Made by a program: the position numbers and the translations under genes
Notes under the pieces: generated by a model
What the model was told of the DNA's origin: nothing
The model's database searches: none
What the model saw: the letters and a program-made list of their open reading frames with translations, nothing else
Shown: in pieces, positions 1 to 9,301 of the stretch
Layout: each line of letters opens with the position of its first letter
Position numbering within the stretch: the stretch's first letter is position 1
Assembly (NCBI GenBank): GCA_965206595.1
Contig: OZ242214.1
Span: 6,080,001 to 6,144,000, forward strand
DNA: 64,000 nt
Direction: 5' to 3'
From: Candidatus Latescibacterota bacterium
Lineage (GTDB): Bacteria; Latescibacterota; UBA2968; UBA8231

Positions 1-1121
1 CGGGCGAGCCGGCCCCGTACGAGGCGGAGCGCGAGCAGTCGACCGAGGCGGCGCGGAAGCGAATCGACGCCGGGCCTCCGCACGTGATCCGCATGAAGAC
101 CCCGCGCGAGGGATCGGTAACGGTCACCGACACGTTGCGCGGGGAGATCCCGTTCGACCTGGCGGGCCTCGACGACCAGGTGCTGCTGAAGTCGGACGGG
201 TTCCCCACCTATCATCTCGCCGTCGTCGTCGACGATCACCTGATGGAGATCAGCCACGTCATCCGCGGCGAGGAGTGGATTCCGTCGACGCCGAAACACC
301 TGCTCCTCTACGACTGGCTGGGCTGGGACCCTCCGGAGCACACCCACCTGCCGCTGCTGCTCAACCCGGACCGCTCCAAGATGTCGAAGCGGCGGAACCC
401 GACCTCCATCGACTTCTACCGCCGCGCCGGGTACCTGCCGGAGGCCCTGCTCAACTACCTGGCGCTGATGGCCTATCCGCCGGGGGAGGGGGGCGAGGAG
501 AAATTCCCGCTGTTCGAGCTGGTCGACCGTTTCGATCTCGGGCGGGTCAACCTCGGCGGCTCGGTGTTCGACCTCGAGAAGCTGAGCTGGCTCAACGGCC
601 GCTACATACGCGAGGATCTCACCGCCGGGGAGCTGCTGGATCGCCTGAAGGAATGGGCCCTGAACGACGGTTTCATCCGCGAGATGATCCCCCTGATGCA
701 GCCGCGCATGCAGACCCTCGGCGACTTCATGCCGGCCTGTTCCTTCTTCTTTGCGCGCGAGGTGGAGCCGCCGGCGGAGGATCTCGTGCCTAAAAAGCGG
801 CAGCCCGCCGAGGCGGCGCAGATGCTGCTGACCGCGGTCTGGGCGCTTCAGGAGGTATCGCCCTGGAATGTCTCCGCGGTCGAGGCGGCGGTTCATGGGG
901 TGAGCTCGTTCTGGGAGTGGCCGGTGCGCGAGGTGACCCGGCCGATGTTTACCGCGCTTATGGGACGGCCGGTCGGGCCGCCCCTGTACGAGTCGATCGT
1001 CCTGCTCGACATCGACCTGACGCGGGCGCGGCTGCAGGCCGCGGTGGGGGTGCTCGGGGGGGTCTCCAGGAAAAAGGAGCGGGCCCTGGAGAAGGAGTGG
1101 TCTTCCGGGGGTGGGAGCTAG
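1..1121 (+). CDS. gltX: Glutamate--tRNA ligase, 5' part outside the window
   Basis: Motifs LLKSDGFPTYHLAVVVDDHLMEISHVIRGEEW and KMSKR; TAG at 1119-1121. Confidence 0.96.
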   Translation, partial: GEPAPYEAEREQSTEAARKRIDAGPPHVIRMKTPREGSVTVTDTLRGEIPFDLAGLDDQVLLKSDGFPTYHLAVVVDDHLMEISHVIRGEEWIPSTPKHLLLYDWLGWDPPEHTHLPLLLNPDRSKMSKRRNPTSIDFYRRAGYLPEALLNYLALMAYPPGEGGEEKFPLFELVDRFDLGRVNLGGSVFDLEKLSWLNGRYIREDLTAGELLDRLKEWALNDGFIREMIPLMQPRMQTLGDFMPACSFFFAREVEPPAEDLVPKKRQPAEAAQMLLTAVWALQEVSPWNVSAVEAAVHGVSSFWEWPVREVTRPMFTALMGRPVGPPLYESIVLLDIDLTRARLQAAVGVLGGVSRKKERALEKEWSSGGGS

Positions 1122-1162
1122 CTCCGGTTACTTCCTGCCGGAGAGGCCCAGGCGTCGAGCAG
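1062..1162 (+). repeat. Junction repeat copy A: true gltX 3' end followed by a degenerate copy of the glnS 3' end
   Basis: 1062-1121 matches 1858-1916; 1124-1162 (CCGGTTACTTCCTGCCGGAGA----GGCCCAGGCGTCG) matches the glnS end from 2754 with a 4-bp deletion. Confidence 0.9.
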
Positions 1163-1250
1163 CCTCCCAACTGGCTCACTCCTACCGAACTCAGCGGTTC
1201 GGTCGGAGACCGTCTTGGCCAGTGGCCGCGAAGCGGGCGGCAGGCACCAG

Positions 1251-1500
1251 TTATGTGGAGTCCGCGCCCGTGATGCAACACTGGGCGAGAGCCGCTTCGT
1301 TTATGTCCTGCAATTCCGGAACGGGCCGCAGTAGCGCGCCAACGGCGGTCGAGAAGTAGGTCTCCAGAATTGGAAAGAAAGCCGTTGTCCTCAGATCGCG
1401 GAGCTGACCGGCGTGCTTGCCACGCGCATGTAGTGTCCCCAAGACGAAGATCTCGACAACATCTCGATACGTGAGGTTACGTGTTTCTTCGATCGCGATG
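1251..1500 (-). pseudogene. C-terminal fragment of an unknown gene
   Basis: Open frame IAIEETRNLTYRDVVEIFVLGTLH...GADST* with no convincing start; abuts the truncated antitoxin. Confidence 0.35.
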
Positions 1501-1530
1501 TTTGTCGGGTGATCAAGTAAGGCGTTGAGA

Positions 1531-1744
1531 CCGGCTCAGACTCTTGGGCGGCTTGTTCGTGAGGGAGCCAAGCTCCTCGAACCCGATTGTGGCGTTGATG
1601 TAGTCACGCAGTACGATCTTGCCGGTATCGACGTCCCCCGCAAGCAGGCACTCGATGCCTTCCTTCAGCAACCCTTCTCGGAAAGCCGAGGTCGCGCTCA
1701 GCGCGGGTCTGCACAGTCTCCTTGAAGTCACGGGTAAGCGGCAT
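1531..1744 (-). pseudogene. N-terminal part of an addiction-module antidote (HI1420-like HTH antitoxin), frameshifted and truncated
   Basis: MPLTRDFKETVQTRAERD / +1 base near 1689 / AFREGLLKEGIECLLAGDVDTGKIVLRDYINATIGFEELGSLTNKPPKSLSR, then similarity ends. Confidence 0.8.
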
Positions 1745-1746
1745 GG

Positions 1747-1860
1747 TCATATCTCCTGTTGCTTGCGACGCTTGTACTCCTGCCAGAGCTCACGGGCATC
1801 CTCGATATCCCTTTGCTGGGGCACTTTGGTTCCACCGCCGAGCAGGACAGTCAGAGAGTC
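1747..1860 (-). pseudogene. C-terminal fragment of an addiction-module killer toxin (HI1419-like, RelE/ParE superfamily)
   Basis: Hand translation [37 protein letters not shown], ending just before the antidote ATG; 5' part replaced by junction repeat B. Confidence 0.75.
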
Positions 1861-1939
1861 TCCAGGAAAAGGAGCGGGCCCTGGAGAAGGAGTGGTCTTC
1901 CCGGGGCAAGAGCTAAGCCTAGGTTACTTCCTGCCGGAG
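1858..1939 (+). repeat. Junction repeat copy B: diverged duplicate of both the gltX and glnS 3' ends
   Basis: GTCTCCAGGAAAA-GGAGCGGGCCCTGGAGAAGGAGTGGTCTTCC...AGCTAA...GGTTACTTCCTGCCGGAG. Confidence 0.92.
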
Positions 1940-2051
1940 TTGGGCTTCGAGCGGTCGATCTCAGGGAATCGCTGTCGCGGTGTTGTAAAGACCCACGTAC
2001 GCCGCTTAGCGAGCCATCAGCACCGCGCCGGGGGTGGGGTTGCGCGGTTTC

Positions 2052-2342
2052 TCAAGCGCTTAATGATCGCGCCACGGTTTCGGGATTTTCCGAAGCAATC
2101 TTGAGCAGAGCTCGGGCAGGACCCTCCGGACGGCGGCGTCCCTGCTCCCAATTCTGCAAGGTAGAGACGCTTACGCCAATCATCAGGGCAAATTCAGATT
2201 GCGATTTATCCAGCTTTTGTCGGATCAGTCGGATATCGGCGGGGTCCATCTGGATCGTGCGTCCTGGCTTCAACTTGCCGCGCTTGATCGCTCCGGCCTG
2301 CTTGACGCTGGCTACAAGTTGGTCAAAGTCGCGCTCATTCAT
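2052..2342 (-). CDS. XRE-HTH antitoxin (HigA-2/NadS-like), intact
   Basis: SQSEFALMIGVSVSTLQNWEQGRRRPEGPARALL HTH motif; ATGA overlap with the upstream toxin stop. Confidence 0.9.
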   Translation of the reverse strand: MNERDFDQLVASVKQAGAIKRGKLKPGRTIQMDPADIRLIRQKLDKSQSEFALMIGVSVSTLQNWEQGRRRPEGPARALLKIASENPETVARSLSA

Positions 2343-2653
2343 GCCAGATACTCCTTTACGAGTTTACTAAGCAGCTTACACTGTTGAGGGGTGAGATCGT
2401 CCTGTCCGCTCTTGCGATACACCCAAAGCATATAAAGAATCTCGGCCGGCTTGTCCCAATAGTAGATCACACGAAGACCGCCCCGTTTGCCAGCATGGGG
2501 CAATTTCCATCTCAGTTTTCTCAATCCACCCGTACGCTGAATTATCTCTCCTGATTCTGGCCGGAGCAGGAGCGCCAGCTGTATTGCCCGGTAGCCTTCA
2601 TCCGATAGTAGGGTCCAGATCTCCTTTGTGAAGATTGGCGTCTCAACGAAGAT
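2339..2653 (-). pseudogene. HigB-2-like RelE/ParE toxin lacking its start codon
   Basis: IFVETPIFTK...IQRTGGLRKLRW...GKRGGLRVIYYW; in-frame TGA (2654-2656) directly precedes the first codon ATC. Confidence 0.8.
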
Positions 2654-2654
2654 T

Positions 2655-2747
2655 CACTTCGAGTTGGAGGCCCTCGTGCTACTGAATCCGGCTGATGACC
2701 TCGAAAAAGTTGCGGGGGTGCGGATTGCCGGACGGACCGAGCCGGCT
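2655..2747 (-). pseudogene. C-terminal fragment of the HI1420-like antidote whose N-terminal part lies at 1531-1744
   Basis: Hand translation SRLGPSGNPHPRNFFEVISRIQ*HEGLQLEV, the expected continuation after KPPKSL in this family. Confidence 0.7.
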
Positions 2748-2757
2748 GTAGAACCGG

Positions 2758-4461
2758 TTACTTCCTGCCGGAGATCCTGGCCCAGGCGTCGCGCAGGGTC
2801 ACGGTGCGGTTGAAGACCAGGCGCCCGTCGCGCGAGTCCGGGTCGACGCAGAAATACCCTAATCTCTCGAACTGAAAGCCGGTTCCCGGGCTGCTCCCGG
2901 CGACGGATGGCTCGAGGCAGCAGCCGTTCAGCACCTGCAGCGAGTCGGGATTCAGGTTGTCCAGCCAGTCCCCGCCCGGCGGCACCGCGGTCGGGTCCTC
3001 GGTTTGGAACAGGCGGTCGTAGAGCCGCACCTCGGCGCCGACGGCGTGCCCCGCCGAGACCCAGTGCAGGGTCGCCTTGACCTTGCGCCCGTCCGGGGAG
3101 CCGCCGCCGCGGGTGGCCGGGTCGTAGGTGCAGCGCAGCTCCGTTACCTCGCCGCCCTCCTTCACTGCTTCCCTGCAGGTGATGTAGTAGGCGTAGCGCA
3201 GCCGCACCTCCCGCCCCGGGGCGAGGCGGAAGAACTTCCTCGGCGGGTCCTCCATGAAGTCGTCGCGCTCGATGTAGAGCTCCCGCGAGAACGGCACCAT
3301 GCGGGTTCCGGCCGACTCGTCCTCCGGGTTGTTGACCGCCTCGAGCTCCTCGCTCTCCCCTTCCGGGTAGTTCTCGATCACCACCTTGAGCGGGTTCAGC
3401 ACCCCCATCACGCGCGGCGCCACCTTGTTGAGATGGTCGCGGACGCAGTGCTCGAGCAGGGCCACCTCGACGTTGTTGACCCGTTTGGCGATTCCGACCT
3501 CCTGCCAGAAACGCCGGATCGCCTCGGGCGGAAAACCGCGCCGCCGCAGGCCGCACAACGTCGGCATGCGCGGGTCGTCCCAGCCGCTGACGTGGCCGTT
3601 CCCGACCAGCTCGGAGAGGCGGCGCTTGGAGGTGATGGTGAAGGTGACGTTGCCGCGGGCGAACTCGATCTGCCGCGACGGGAAGATCCCGAGCGCCTCG
3701 ATGAACCAGTCGTACAGGGGGCGGTGGTTTTCGTAGTCGAGGTCGCACAGCGAGTGGGTGACGCGCTCTATCGAGTCGCTCTGCCCGTGGGCCCAGTCGT
3801 ACATCGGGTAGATGCACCAGGCGTCCCCGGTGCGCTGGTGGGGGACGTGGCGGATGCGGTACATCACCGGGTCCCGCAGGTTGAGGTTGGGCGACGCCAT
3901 GTCGATGCGGGCGCGCAGCACCTTCTCGCCGTCGGCGAACTCGCCGGCGCGCATGCGTGACAGGAGATCGCGGTTTTCCTCGACCGTGCGGTTGCGCCAG
4001 GGGCTTTCCGAGCCGGGCTCGGTCAGGGTGCCGCGCGATTTGCGGATCTGCTCGCCGCTCTGGTCGTCGACGAAGGCCAGGCCCTTGCGCACCAGGTCGA
4101 GGGCCATCTCGTAGAGTTGCTCGAAGTAGTCGGAGGCGTAGTGCTCGTGCTCCCCCCAGTCGAACCCCAGCCAGCGCAGGTCCTCCTTGATGGCGTCGAC
4201 GAACTCCTGCTCCTCCCGGGTGGGGTTGGTGTCGTCGAAGCGCAGGTGGCAACGCCCTCCGAAATCGGCCGCCACCCCGAAATCGATGGCCGCGGCCTTG
4301 GCGTGGCCTATGTGCAGGTAGCCGTTGGGCTCGGGGGGAAAGCGGGTCACTACTTCGCCGTCGTAGCGGCCATTGCGCAGGTCTTCGGCGACCGCGGCGC
4401 GGATGAAGTCCTGGGCGCGGGGGTCGTCTCCGCCGGTCGGGTGGGGTGAAGAGGTGGTCAT
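2758..4461 (-). CDS. glnS: Glutamine--tRNA ligase
   Basis: [34 protein letters not shown] and FQFERLGYF motifs. Confidence 0.97.
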   Translation of the reverse strand: MTTSSPHPTGGDDPRAQDFIRAAVAEDLRNGRYDGEVVTRFPPEPNGYLHIGHAKAAAIDFGVAADFGGRCHLRFDDTNPTREEQEFVDAIKEDLRWLGFDWGEHEHYASDYFEQLYEMALDLVRKGLAFVDDQSGEQIRKSRGTLTEPGSESPWRNRTVEENRDLLSRMRAGEFADGEKVLRARIDMASPNLNLRDPVMYRIRHVPHQRTGDAWCIYPMYDWAHGQSDSIERVTHSLCDLDYENHRPLYDWFIEALGIFPSRQIEFARGNVTFTITSKRRLSELVGNGHVSGWDDPRMPTLCGLRRRGFPPEAIRRFWQEVGIAKRVNNVEVALLEHCVRDHLNKVAPRVMGVLNPLKVVIENYPEGESEELEAVNNPEDESAGTRMVPFSRELYIERDDFMEDPPRKFFRLAPGREVRLRYAYYITCREAVKEGGEVTELRCTYDPATRGGGSPDGRKVKATLHWVSAGHAVGAEVRLYDRLFQTEDPTAVPPGGDWLDNLNPDSLQVLNGCCLEPSVAGSSPGTGFQFERLGYFCVDPDSRDGRLVFNRTVTLRDAWARISGRK

Positions 4462-4486
4462 TGGGATCGGAACCGGAGCCGGCCGA

Positions 4487-5416
4487 CTAGCGGATCATCC
4501 AGGGGCCGTCGGGTGGGCGGAATTCATCCTTGCGAGGCAGGAACTGGCGCAGGTGCCGGCAGCCGTAGGCGAACCCCTCGAGGCCGGGCATGCCGCGGTC
4601 CTCGTTCTCGCAGCAGAGGACGTAGTCGTACCCCGATTCGACCAGGGCGCCGGTGATCCTGGCCCAGTCGAGGTCGCCGCGGCCCGGCACGCGGTACTGC
4701 CACCACCAGTTGCCGATGACGCCCTGGCGGTAGAGCATGCGCGGGCTCACCTCGCAGTCCTTGACGTCGGCGAAGTACCACTTGCCCGCGTATTCGCGGA
4801 TGACGTCCTCGGCCGGCAGGATCATCATCCAGACCCAGTGCGAGGGATCGCACGAAAGCCCGATGTAGTCGGAGGGCACCGCGTCGAGGATGCGGTCCCA
4901 CATCTCCGGGTTGCAGCCGATGTTGCCCATGCGCACCGCCACGTCGAGGGCGATCCTGACCCCGGTTTCCTCCGCTTCCCGGGCAATAGGCGTGAACATC
5001 TCCCGGTAGCGTTCGACGAGCTCGTCGCAGCGGTCGGTCGGGTTGCCCGGAGGGGAGGAGTACATGCCGTAGAAGACGCCGTTCCTGACCGGGGCGCCGC
5101 TGCCGGTGATCACTACGGGGCATTCGAGCGCCGCGGCCGAACGCAAGGCCTTCTTCAGGCGCAGCGACTGCTGCTCGCGCACCTCGGCGTCGTCGTCGAG
5201 GAGGTTGCAGTGGGCGGCGATGCAGGAGAGGTAGAGGTCGTGGCCGGAGAGGGTCTCCCGCACCTCGGCGGGTCCTTCCGTGAGGATCCTGTCGGAATCG
5301 AGCACGCCGTTGTCGGTCAGGCGCACGCAGTCGAAATCGTGCGCCCTGGCCCAGGCGGCGCACTCTTCGAGGCTCCAGCCGCCGGCTCCCGCGGTGGTGT
5401 AGAAACTGATGTCCAT
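4487..5416 (-). CDS. Sugar-phosphate isomerase/epimerase (xylose-isomerase-like TIM barrel)
   Basis: [18 protein letters not shown] and ENED motifs of the IolE/AP_endonuc_2 family. Confidence 0.8.
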   Translation of the reverse strand: MDISFYTTAGAGGWSLEECAAWARAHDFDCVRLTDNGVLDSDRILTEGPAEVRETLSGHDLYLSCIAAHCNLLDDDAEVREQQSLRLKKALRSAAALECPVVITGSGAPVRNGVFYGMYSSPPGNPTDRCDELVERYREMFTPIAREAEETGVRIALDVAVRMGNIGCNPEMWDRILDAVPSDYIGLSCDPSHWVWMMILPAEDVIREYAGKWYFADVKDCEVSPRMLYRQGVIGNWWWQYRVPGRGDLDWARITGALVESGYDYVLCCENEDRGMPGLEGFAYGCRHLRQFLPRKDEFRPPDGPWMIR

Positions 5417-5535
5417 CGAGGTTCGGGATTTCCCTGAAGAGCGGCGGAGCTTGAGCCCGTTCGGGGCCGGGCCCTAGATTGGAACTCGCTCTCACCGCGA
5501 ATGAACGAACGAACAGAAATAAGAAAGGCCACGGC

Positions 5536-6762
5536 ATGGCTCTCATCAACGAACACTACCTGAAGCTCACCGCCGGATACCTGTTCCCGGAGATCGCGCG
5601 CCGCACCAGCGCCTTCCAGGAGAAGCATCCCGGGGCCGACGTCATCCGCATGGGGATCGGCGACGTGGTCAAGGGGATTCCCCGGGTCGTCGCCGAGGCG
5701 ATGAAGGAAGCGGTCGAGGAGATGGCGCACGACGAGTCGTTCCGCGGCTACCCCCCGGGCGAGGGGTACGACTTCCTGATCGAGGCCATCGTCGAGCACG
5801 AGTACGCCTCGCCCGGGGTCGAGGTCGCAGCCGACGAGGTGATCGTTTCGGACGGCTCCAAGTGCGATTCGGCCAACATCCAGGAGATCTTCGCCATCGC
5901 CAACACCGTCGCCCTCACCGACCCGGTCTACCCGGTCTACTGCGACAGCAACGTCATGGCCGGCCGCACCGGAGCCGCCGGGGACGACGGCCGCTATGCC
6001 GGCCTGGTTTACCTGCCGTGCACGGCGGAGTCCGGGTTTCTGCCTCCGCTTCCCGACGGCCATGTCGACCTCGTCTACCTCTGCTCGCCGAACAACCCGA
6101 CGGGGGCGGTGATGCCGCGCGAGGTGCTGGCCGAGTGGGTCGAGTACGCCCGCGCCGAGAAGGCCGTCCTCTTCTTCGACGCCGCCTACGAGGAGTACAT
6201 CTCCGATCCGGGGATTCCGCACTCCATCTACGAGATCGACGGGGCCCGCGAGGTCGCCATCGAAATGCGCTCGTTCTCGAAGAGCGCCGGATTCACCGGC
6301 CTGCGCTGCGCCTTTACGGTGGTCCCGAAAGAGCTGCGCGCCTTCTCCGCCTCGGGGGAAGGCCACTCCCTGCACGCCGCCTGGCTTCGCCGGCACAACA
6401 CCAAGTTCAACGGCGTCTCTTACCCGGTGCAGCGGGGGGCCGCCGCTTCCTACTCGCCGGAGGGCCGCCGCGCCAGCGCGGAGATGATCTCCTTCTACAT
6501 GGAGAACGCGCGGCATATGAAGGAGCGCCTGTCCGCCTGCGGGTACGCGGTGTACGGCGGCGACAACGCCCCCTACCTGTGGATCGCCACCCCGGAGGGC
6601 ATCGACAGCTGGGGCTTCTTCGATATCCTGCTCGAAGAGGCCCACGTCGTCGGCACTCCGGGGTCCGGGTTCGGGGCCGCCGGAGAAGGGTACCTGCGCC
6701 TGTCCGCCTTCCAGCACCGCGAAGCGGTCGAAGAGGCCCTGGCTCGCATCGCCGCTCTCTGA
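5536..6762 (+). CDS. dapL: LL-diaminopimelate aminotransferase
   Basis: [42 protein letters not shown] and TKFNGVSY motifs; ATG at 5536. Confidence 0.95.
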   Translation: MALINEHYLKLTAGYLFPEIARRTSAFQEKHPGADVIRMGIGDVVKGIPRVVAEAMKEAVEEMAHDESFRGYPPGEGYDFLIEAIVEHEYASPGVEVAADEVIVSDGSKCDSANIQEIFAIANTVALTDPVYPVYCDSNVMAGRTGAAGDDGRYAGLVYLPCTAESGFLPPLPDGHVDLVYLCSPNNPTGAVMPREVLAEWVEYARAEKAVLFFDAAYEEYISDPGIPHSIYEIDGAREVAIEMRSFSKSAGFTGLRCAFTVVPKELRAFSASGEGHSLHAAWLRRHNTKFNGVSYPVQRGAAASYSPEGRRASAEMISFYMENARHMKERLSACGYAVYGGDNAPYLWIATPEGIDSWGFFDILLEEAHVVGTPGSGFGAAGEGYLRLSAFQHREAVEEALARIAAL

Positions 6763-6954
6763 ATTCCCGGAGGCTCCGAGTCCAGTCGCGATCCTGTAAA
6801 CCCCGGAATCCGCTGACGAAGGAACCCTTGGGAAACAGCAGGGCTTGTGTCGGGGGGTTGATATTTCCAGACCTCGAAACGCAGAAGTCCCGCCTTCCAA
6901 TCCCTCTGGCCACAGACCGGGCAGCCGGGTAAAGGCGGTGAAATTGCCGGGGGG

Positions 6955-7029
6955 TTGACAGCTTCGTGTCGAAACCGTTACACTAATGCGTTCATAAATT
7001 AACAATTATTGCATGGTTTTTAACTAATT
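6955..7029 (+). promoter_or_regulatory. Sigma70-like promoter and AT-rich direct repeat upstream of the RHH-nadA unit
   Basis: TTGACA 6955-6960, 18 bp, TACACT 6979-6984; TTAACAATT 6999-7007 and TTAACTAATT 7020-7029. Confidence 0.6.
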
Positions 7030-7101
7030 CCGGCCGGGGAAACCCGGGAAAATTCATTTGGAATGCAACATCCTCGACAAACCCGAAAGACGAAGAGATC
7101 G

Positions 7102-7296
7102 ATGAACGGAAAGGCGAAATCGAGAACTTTCTCGGCGACCGAGAGAGACTTCGAGATGCTCGAAGCGGTGGCCCGCTACCACGGTTCGAGCAAGAGTGCG
7201 GCGATCGCGGGACTGATTCGAAAGGAGTTCTGGCGCGTATTTCCGAACGGAACCGAGGAGATCACCCCTGACCCGGGAGCCAAGGTGGAATCATGA
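7102..7296 (+). CDS. Small putative ribbon-helix-helix (CopG-like) regulator
   Basis: 64 aa; strand SRTFSA, helix ERDFEMLEAVARYHG, SKS, helix AAIAGLIRKEF; stop overlaps the nadA ATG (ATGA). Confidence 0.65.
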   Translation: MNGKAKSRTFSATERDFEMLEAVARYHGSSKSAAIAGLIRKEFWRVFPNGTEEITPDPGAKVES

Positions 7297-8279
7297 GCGA
7301 AGTCGAAACGACCGGCGTCGCCGGACACTACCACTACACAGACCTTCCGCTGGAAGAGCTCGTCTCTCAGATAGAACACCTGCGCGAAGAGAAGAACGCC
7401 GTCATCCTCGCCCACAACTACCAGGTCCCCGAGGTTCAGGATATCGCCGATTTCACCGGCGATTCACTCGGACTGTCGGTCGAGGCGAGCCGCACCGACG
7501 CCGACCTGATCGTGTTCTGCGGCGTTCACTTCATGGCGGAATCCGCCAAGATCCTGAGCCCGGGCAAGACCGTCCTGCTGCCGCATCTCGGGGCCGGCTG
7601 CGCCCTGTCCGACTCGATCACCCCGGAGAGCCTCGACGAGTGGAAGGAGATGTACCCCGGGTACACGGTGGTCACCTACGTCAACTCCTCGGCGGAAGTG
7701 AAGGCGGAGTCGGACATCTGTTGCACCTCGGCCAACGCCGTGTCGGTGGTCCGCAGCCTCGACAGCGACAAGGTGCTGTTCACCCCGGACCGCAACCTCG
7801 GCCGCTGGGTGGCCGAGCAGGTCCCGGAGAAAGAGGTTGCGATCTACGACGGCGTCTGCCCGACCCACGACGTGCTGCGCCAGGCCAGTGTCGATCGCAC
7901 CCGGGGGGAGTACCCGGAAGCCGTCATCATCGCCCATCCCGAATGCCGCGAGGACGTGGTCGCCTCCGCGCACGAGGTCTGCTCGACGACCGGCATGCTC
8001 GACGCGGTTGGCCGCTACCCGGAAGCGAAGACTTTCATCATAGCCACCGAGAGCGGCCTCATCCACCAGCTCAAGAAGCGCTATCCCGGCAAGGAGTTCG
8101 TCCCCGCGGACGGCTGTATCGGCTGCCGGCTGCACTGTCCGTACATGAAGGTCACCGGCCTTCAGGACGTGTATTTTTCGCTCGTCGACGAGCGCTACGA
8201 GATCGAGATGGACGACGACGTGATCGAGGGGGCGCGGCGCTCCCTGGAGCGGATGATGGCGGTGCCGAGAGACAACTGA
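7293..8279 (+). CDS. nadA: Quinolinate synthase
   Basis: ILAHNYQ, GDSL, FCGVHFMAE, AGC, YVNS, CTSANA, HPEC and CPYMK motifs. Confidence 0.96.
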   Translation: MSEVETTGVAGHYHYTDLPLEELVSQIEHLREEKNAVILAHNYQVPEVQDIADFTGDSLGLSVEASRTDADLIVFCGVHFMAESAKILSPGKTVLLPHLGAGCALSDSITPESLDEWKEMYPGYTVVTYVNSSAEVKAESDICCTSANAVSVVRSLDSDKVLFTPDRNLGRWVAEQVPEKEVAIYDGVCPTHDVLRQASVDRTRGEYPEAVIIAHPECREDVVASAHEVCSTTGMLDAVGRYPEAKTFIIATESGLIHQLKKRYPGKEFVPADGCIGCRLHCPYMKVTGLQDVYFSLVDERYEIEMDDDVIEGARRSLERMMAVPRDN

Positions 8280-8368
8280 TCTAATGATGTCTGGGCGTCC
8301 AGGCTGACCGCCGGGTTGTTCGAAACCGAACTTCGGGAAGTCAGCCTCCCTTTTCGCGCCGTACCACC

Positions 8369-8396
8369 ACGCCGCCGGCTTCGGCGGTGTTTTTTT
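8369..8396 (+). terminator. Intrinsic terminator after nadA
   Basis: ACGCCGCCG-GCTT-CGGCGGTGT followed by a T run. Confidence 0.75.
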
Positions 8397-8422
8397 CCTT
8401 CCATCAGCGAGGAATCCAGACC

Positions 8423-9280
8423 ATGAAAGCAGGATCGGGTGATTTCGTGTACGAGTACGCCGACGGCTGGCCGCAGGTGCCGGCCGACATCGAGCTCGGA
8501 TGGGTGGCCGCGGTAGCCGTGGATGCCGACGACAGGGTGTACGCCTACAGCCGCAGCGAGGTGCCGATGGTGCTGTTCGACCGGGAGGGGAACTTCCTCG
8601 ACGGCTGGCGCACTCTCGACACCCAGGCCGCCCACGGGTTGAATATCGACGCCGGCGGCAACCTCTGGTGCACGGAGTACGAGACCCACTGCGTCCGCAA
8701 GATGTCCCCGTCCGGAGAGGAGCTTCTGACCATCGGCACACCCGAGGTCCCTGGTGCGGATGGTGACCCGTTCCGGCGCCCGACCGACGTCGCTTTCGAC
8801 TCGCAGGGGTATCTCTACATATCGGACGGCTACGACAACGCCCGCGTCCACAAGTACTCGTCCGCCGGCGAGCTGCTCAAATCATGGGGGGAGCCGGGCA
8901 GCGGTCCGGGGCAGTTCGACCTCTCCCACTGCGTCCGCGTCGACCGCGACGATCGCGTCATGGTCTGCGACCGCTCCAACGACCGCATCCAGATTTTCGA
9001 CACCGAGGGTAATTACCTCGAGGAGTGGGGGGGGCTCAGCGAGCCGGACACGATCCACATCGACGGCGACGGCATCGTCTACGTCGCCGAGCTGAACCAG
9101 CGCGTCAGCATCTTCAACCTGCAGGGCGAGCTTCTGTGCCGCTGGGGCCGGGGCGAGCGCACCGATACTCCGGGAGAGTTCAAGGGCTGTCCCCACGGCA
9201 TCTGGACCGATTCGCGGGGCGACCTCTACATCAGCGAGGTGCAGACCGACGGCCGGGTGCAGAAGTTCGTGCGCCAGTGA
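8423..9280 (+). CDS. NHL-repeat beta-propeller protein (peptidyl-alpha-hydroxyglycine lyase-like)
   Basis: FRRPTDVA, YISDGYDNARVHKY, WGEPGSGPGQF, DRSNDRIQIFD and PHGI motifs. Confidence 0.85.
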   Translation: MKAGSGDFVYEYADGWPQVPADIELGWVAAVAVDADDRVYAYSRSEVPMVLFDREGNFLDGWRTLDTQAAHGLNIDAGGNLWCTEYETHCVRKMSPSGEELLTIGTPEVPGADGDPFRRPTDVAFDSQGYLYISDGYDNARVHKYSSAGELLKSWGEPGSGPGQFDLSHCVRVDRDDRVMVCDRSNDRIQIFDTEGNYLEEWGGLSEPDTIHIDGDGIVYVAELNQRVSIFNLQGELLCRWGRGERTDTPGEFKGCPHGIWTDSRGDLYISEVQTDGRVQKFVRQ

Positions 9281-9301
9281 CCGGCCGCACCTGCAGCTAT
9301 C

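Noticed and set aside
1062-2773. Junction repeats as a CRISPR array or IS target duplications
   Set aside because: Units are copies of gene ends about 800 bp apart, with no cas genes, no IRs and no transposase
6770-7100. NAD+ riboswitch upstream of nadA
   Set aside because: No recognisable aptamer; a small ORF occupies the leader
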